Positions 60,085 through 64,000 of a stretch of 64,000 bases of DNA are shown one piece after another. The stretch lies in the NCBI GenBank assembly GCA_965223425.1, contig OZ245003.1, positions 96,001-160,000 on the forward strand. The letters are read 5' to 3'. Every line of letters starts with the position of its first letter. Position 1 is the first letter of the stretch. Both the position numbers and the translations under genes were made by a program. The notes below the pieces were generated by a model, which was not told the origin of the DNA, did not search any database, and worked only from the letters and a program-made list of their open reading frames with translations. Source of the stretch: Nitrosopumilus sp. Lineage in GTDB: Archaea; Thermoproteota; Nitrososphaeria; Nitrososphaerales; Nitrosopumilaceae.

Positions 60085-60750
60085 TCAGGTTCTCATAATA
60101 TCTGAATGTAAAATATCATATGCTCTAGATGAGTCCTTTTCATTGAGAATTACAATGATATTATCCTGACTGAAAAATGCATTCACCAATTCTATTCCAT
60201 TTGCATGCAGCACCTCCGCAACATAAGAAACCACATCTGATTGGTTCTGAGATGTAGGTATTGAGATTCTAATCTTTGCAAGACCTGTATTGAACATTTC
60301 ATCCCTGTCTGAGACATTACCGAATATCTGTCTAATATCTTCCATATCTTCCGTAAGGAATCTAAAAGAATCAGATAATCTGAAAAACTCATAATTGTTG
60401 GTTATTTTGGAGAATTTCTCTAAAATTGCCTTTGGATCCATTTCATTTGAATCCTTTATTGAAAATTTGATATCCATCATTCCATCAGTTAATGCCAATC
60501 GAGCATTCTTCAAAACTGGTTCTTCTCTAACCTCTTCCTTGGTTTCAAACGAGTCTGCATATCTTTTGATTGCCACCACCACCGTATTGAGATTGACAGA
60601 ATTTCCTAGAATTCTCTCGATTTCTGGTTGAATTTTTACTGCCAGTGCTGTGTAGTTTATCAAATCCATCTTCATACAGTCATAAATTGAGCGATTTCTG
60701 GTAATGATCTCCTTTACAACCTCAGGCACAGACATGCTTGAAACTCTCAT
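60085..60750 (-). CDS. ACT-domain regulatory protein
   Basis: LINYTALA N-domain; C-terminal ACT-like domain. Confidence 0.8.
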   Translation of the reverse strand: MRVSSMSVPEVVKEIITRNRSIYDCMKMDLINYTALAVKIQPEIERILGNSVNLNTVVVAIKRYADSFETKEEVREEPVLKNARLALTDGMMDIKFSIKDSNEMDPKAILEKFSKITNNYEFFRLSDSFRFLTEDMEDIRQIFGNVSDRDEMFNTGLAKIRISIPTSQNQSDVVSYVAEVLHANGIELVNAFFSQDNIIVILNEKDSSRAYDILHSDIMRT

Positions 60751-60848
60751 TAAGACTATTATATCATGTCAGTTATAATAGGATTATGTAAGAAATCAAG
60801 GAATTATCGATAATCTTTATATAATGTCATATATATTACATACTATAG

Positions 60849-61355
60849 GTGAATATGACAATGTTCTTTGATAGTGAATTTGATAGAATTTTCAAAAGAA
60901 TGTCAAACTCTTTTTTTAGCACAGATGACATTTTTGGGGAAATCAAAGGAAACGGTTCTGATTCTGGTCCATATTGTTACGGTTATACAATGACTGTTGG
61001 TCCGGACGGAAAACCTGTTGTAAAAGAGTATGGAAACATCAAACCAGGCCTTCTTCCAACTTCTGACACAAGAGAACCAATCGTCGACACAATTGTTGAT
61101 GAAAAAGAAAAAGCGGTAAAACTCGTAGTTGAGATGCCAGGAGTTGAAAAGACTGACGTCAAAATTGTTGTTGAAAACAAAACTGTGGATCTTTCTGCAG
61201 AACATGACGAAAAAAAGTATCACGCAAAAGTTCCTCTACAACATAAAGTTGATGAGAACTCTGCAAAGGCTTCTTACAAAAATGGAATTTTGCAACTAGT
61301 CTTCAAGTTAGTTGAAGAAAAGAAACCACAAGGCAAAACGGTGGAGGTTGAATAA
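60849..61355 (+). CDS. hsp20: Archaeal small heat-shock protein
   Basis: YGYTMTVGPDGKP, EMPGV, ASYKNGIL. Confidence 0.93.
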   Translation: MNMTMFFDSEFDRIFKRMSNSFFSTDDIFGEIKGNGSDSGPYCYGYTMTVGPDGKPVVKEYGNIKPGLLPTSDTREPIVDTIVDEKEKAVKLVVEMPGVEKTDVKIVVENKTVDLSAEHDEKKYHAKVPLQHKVDENSAKASYKNGILQLVFKLVEEKKPQGKTVEVE

Positions 61356-61383
61356 ACCCCCCCTTATTTTTTGAGGTAATGAT

Positions 61384-63522
61384 ATGAGCGAAATAATATT
61401 AAAAACAGATGAAATTCCACAACAACATGTTGGGAGAGGCAGAGCAATTGTTGATCCTAAAATTATCGGGGATCAAAAATGGAATACTGGACAAATTTTA
61501 GAATTAACGTACAATAAAAAAACCCATGTAAAACTCTGGCCAGGCACACCTGAAGAATACGGTTCAGGAATTATCAAAATTGACGGAATTACAAGACAAA
61601 ATATTGGAGCAGGAATTGGTGATAAAATTTCACTAAAATCAGTTGAAGCCACAAGTGCTGAACAGGTTGTTTTATCTCCAACTGAAAAAATTGCAGCTGA
61701 AGGGTTACAGGAATACATGATTTACAACTACCTTAATCATGTCTTTACAGCAGGAGACGCTGTATCTCTTAATACACAGATGGGTAGTCGAGTTCAGTTT
61801 ATTGTAACTAGTACAAAGCCACCAAAACCAGTTATTGTTACTGAAAAAACAATCTTCAAGCTTGGCGCTATGACAAAAGCAGTAGATGCGTCTTGCCCAA
61901 GAATAACATATGACGAACTTGGAGGTCTAAAAAATGAAGTTCAAAAAATTCGTGAGATGGTAGAACTGCCCATGAGACACCCAGAGTTGTTTGACAAAAT
62001 AGGTGTAGAGGCACCAAAAGGCGTTCTACTTTACGGTCCTCCAGGCACGGGAAAAACACTATTGGCAAAAGCAGTTGCAGGGGAGACTAATGCCCACTTT
62101 ATCTCTCTTAGCGGTCCTGAAATTATGGGAAAATACTATGGAGAAAGTGAAGAGAGGATTAGGGAAATTTTTACTCAGGCTGAAGAGAATTCCCCCAGCA
62201 TCATCTTCATTGATGAAATTGACTCTATTGCCCCAAAAAGAGATGAAGTATCTGGCGAAGTTGAAAAGAGAATAGTTTCTCAACTATTGACATTGATGGA
62301 TGGAATGAAGTCTAGAGGAAAAGTAGTAGTTATTGCAGCTACCAACAGACCAGATTCAATTGATCCTGCATTAAGGCGACCGGGCAGATTTGATAGGGAG
62401 ATTGAAATTGGAATTCCTGATGATGGAGGAAGAATGGAGGTTCTTTCAATTCATACACGCGGTATGCCAATTGATGAAAAAGTAGATCTTAAACAAATTT
62501 CAAAAACAACACATGGGTTTGTAGGGGCAGACTTGGAGGTATTATCCAAAGAAGCTGCAATGAGATCTCTTCGAAGAATTCTCCCTGAGATTGATCTTGA
62601 TGAAGCTGAAATCTCTTCTGAGATTCTTCAAAAAATCCAAATCACTAGTGAGGACTTTAGAGATGCGTTAAAAGAAGTTAGACCAAGTGCACTAAGAGAG
62701 GTCCAAGTACAAATTCCAAACGTTAGTTGGGACGATGTTGGAGGTCTTGATCAACTAAAAGAAGAACTTCGCGAAGCAGTTGAATGGCCCATCAAACATA
62801 AAGAAGCTTTTGATTATGTTGATGTCGAAACCCCAAAGGGAATACTTCTTCATGGCCCACCTGGTACTGGCAAAACCCTTATTGCAAAAGCACTTGCAAA
62901 AATGACAGAATCCAATTTTATCAGTATCAAGGGACCTGAATTACTCTCTAAATGGGTTGGTGAATCCGAAAAGGGAGTCAGGGAAATTTTCAGAAAAGCA
63001 CGACAAGCAGCACCGTGTATTATCTTCTTAGATGAGGTTGATGCGCTTGTTCCACGAAGGGGCAGTGGCGGGGGATCACATGTTGCAGAAAATACTGTCT
63101 CACAAATTCTAACTGAGGTTGACGGGCTTGAAGAACTTCATAATGTCTTGATAATTGGTGCAACTAACCGATTAGACATCGTAGATGAAGCTCTGCTAAG
63201 GCCGGGCCGATTTGATAGAATCATTGAAGTTCCTAACCCTGATATCAAAGGAAGAAAACACATCTTTGAGATTCACACCAAAAAGAAACCACTTTCACAT
63301 GAGGCTGACATCGCAAAACTAGCAGAGTTAACAGACGGTTTTAGCGGTGCTGAAATTGCTGCAGTTGCAAACAGATCTGCAATAACTGCCCTTAAGAGAT
63401 ACGTTATCGGCAATGCTCAAAATATCAAAGACATTAAAATAACACAACAAGATCTGATTGACGCAATAGATAAGGTAAAGCCTAAAAAAAGAGAGGCACC
63501 AATGGCTCAATCCATAAAATAG
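61384..63522 (+). CDS. cdc48: CDC48/VCP AAA ATPase
   Basis: Two AAA modules ([15 protein letters not shown]). Confidence 0.95.
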   Translation: MSEIILKTDEIPQQHVGRGRAIVDPKIIGDQKWNTGQILELTYNKKTHVKLWPGTPEEYGSGIIKIDGITRQNIGAGIGDKISLKSVEATSAEQVVLSPTEKIAAEGLQEYMIYNYLNHVFTAGDAVSLNTQMGSRVQFIVTSTKPPKPVIVTEKTIFKLGAMTKAVDASCPRITYDELGGLKNEVQKIREMVELPMRHPELFDKIGVEAPKGVLLYGPPGTGKTLLAKAVAGETNAHFISLSGPEIMGKYYGESEERIREIFTQAEENSPSIIFIDEIDSIAPKRDEVSGEVEKRIVSQLLTLMDGMKSRGKVVVIAATNRPDSIDPALRRPGRFDREIEIGIPDDGGRMEVLSIHTRGMPIDEKVDLKQISKTTHGFVGADLEVLSKEAAMRSLRRILPEIDLDEAEISSEILQKIQITSEDFRDALKEVRPSALREVQVQIPNVSWDDVGGLDQLKEELREAVEWPIKHKEAFDYVDVETPKGILLHGPPGTGKTLIAKALAKMTESNFISIKGPELLSKWVGESEKGVREIFRKARQAAPCIIFLDEVDALVPRRGSGGGSHVAENTVSQILTEVDGLEELHNVLIIGATNRLDIVDEALLRPGRFDRIIEVPNPDIKGRKHIFEIHTKKKPLSHEADIAKLAELTDGFSGAEIAAVANRSAITALKRYVIGNAQNIKDIKITQQDLIDAIDKVKPKKREAPMAQSIK

Positions 63523-63551
63523 CCTAAATACTAAGGAAAATGACGTAAAAT

Positions 63552-63770
63552 ATGAAACTCTATCTAGACTTTGATCCATGTCAGGAATGTAATACGATGA
63601 TGGCAGAACTTAGCAGTCCTGAGATGTTATTTGCTGATGAAAAGAAAAGAGCAGATGAATCTGCAAAATTCCTTCGACATCTAACATATAATCACAACGA
63701 AGTCGTACAAGCTGTTATGAATGATCTTCCAAAACAGAAAAAAGACCAAGAGCCCGATTTTTACAAATAA
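63552..63770 (+). CDS. Small conserved hypothetical protein
   Basis: 72 aa, CxxC...H...H. Confidence 0.7.
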   Translation: MKLYLDFDPCQECNTMMAELSSPEMLFADEKKRADESAKFLRHLTYNHNEVVQAVMNDLPKQKKDQEPDFYK

Positions 63771-63842
63771 CTCTTTTATTCTTAACAATTAGTAATTATG
63801 TTCTTATACAATATCGCTCTATCATATCTGTGAAAATATAAA

Positions 63843-64000
63843 ATGAAAGCTATCCTTTCTGGATTAATTGTAATGATTCTTCTAGTTGGTTCTCTGCAAT
63901 TTGCCTTGGCATTTGAAACTGAGCAAGAACCAAAACCTCCGGAGATCCCAGAACCAGCTCCAGAACCAGAACCAATCCCACTGCCAAACCCAGAACCAGC
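63843..64000 (+). CDS. Secreted protein with a Pro/Glu-rich linker (5' part)
   Basis: MKAILSGLIVMILLVGSLQFALAFETEQEPKPPEIPEPAPEPEP..., open to the window end. Confidence 0.75.
   Translation, partial: MKAILSGLIVMILLVGSLQFALAFETEQEPKPPEIPEPAPEPEPIPLPNPEP

Overview
This is a low-GC archaeal chromosome segment that looks like Nitrosopumilaceae (Thaumarchaeota). The backbone holds two glnA genes, a tRNA-maturation cluster, thermosome, glyA, PolD DP2/DP1, GGGP synthase, GINS, cdc6 with an ORB-bearing origin, and hsp20-cdc48. It is heavily invaded by GC-rich insertion sequences, often nested: IS66, IS630, ISH3, IS5/ISL2, IS110 and at least three MITE types. Five features stand out. (1) A 1291-bp element carries only a catalytically intact TnpB but is bounded by perfect 25-bp IS6-like TIRs and an 8-bp TSD (38372-39662). 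(2) A 36/36/36-bp repeat-spacer-repeat scar inside a transposase gene looks like off-target Cas1-Cas2 spacer integration (9005-9112). (3) A well-folded tRNA-like gene has Ala identity (G3:U70) but a Leu GAG anticodon (33092-33163). (4) An IS110 left end carries a two-loop bridge-RNA-like structure (33392-33580). (5) Three IS630 elements all duplicate CG rather than TA. All assignments come from reading the sequence by eye; no database searches were run.
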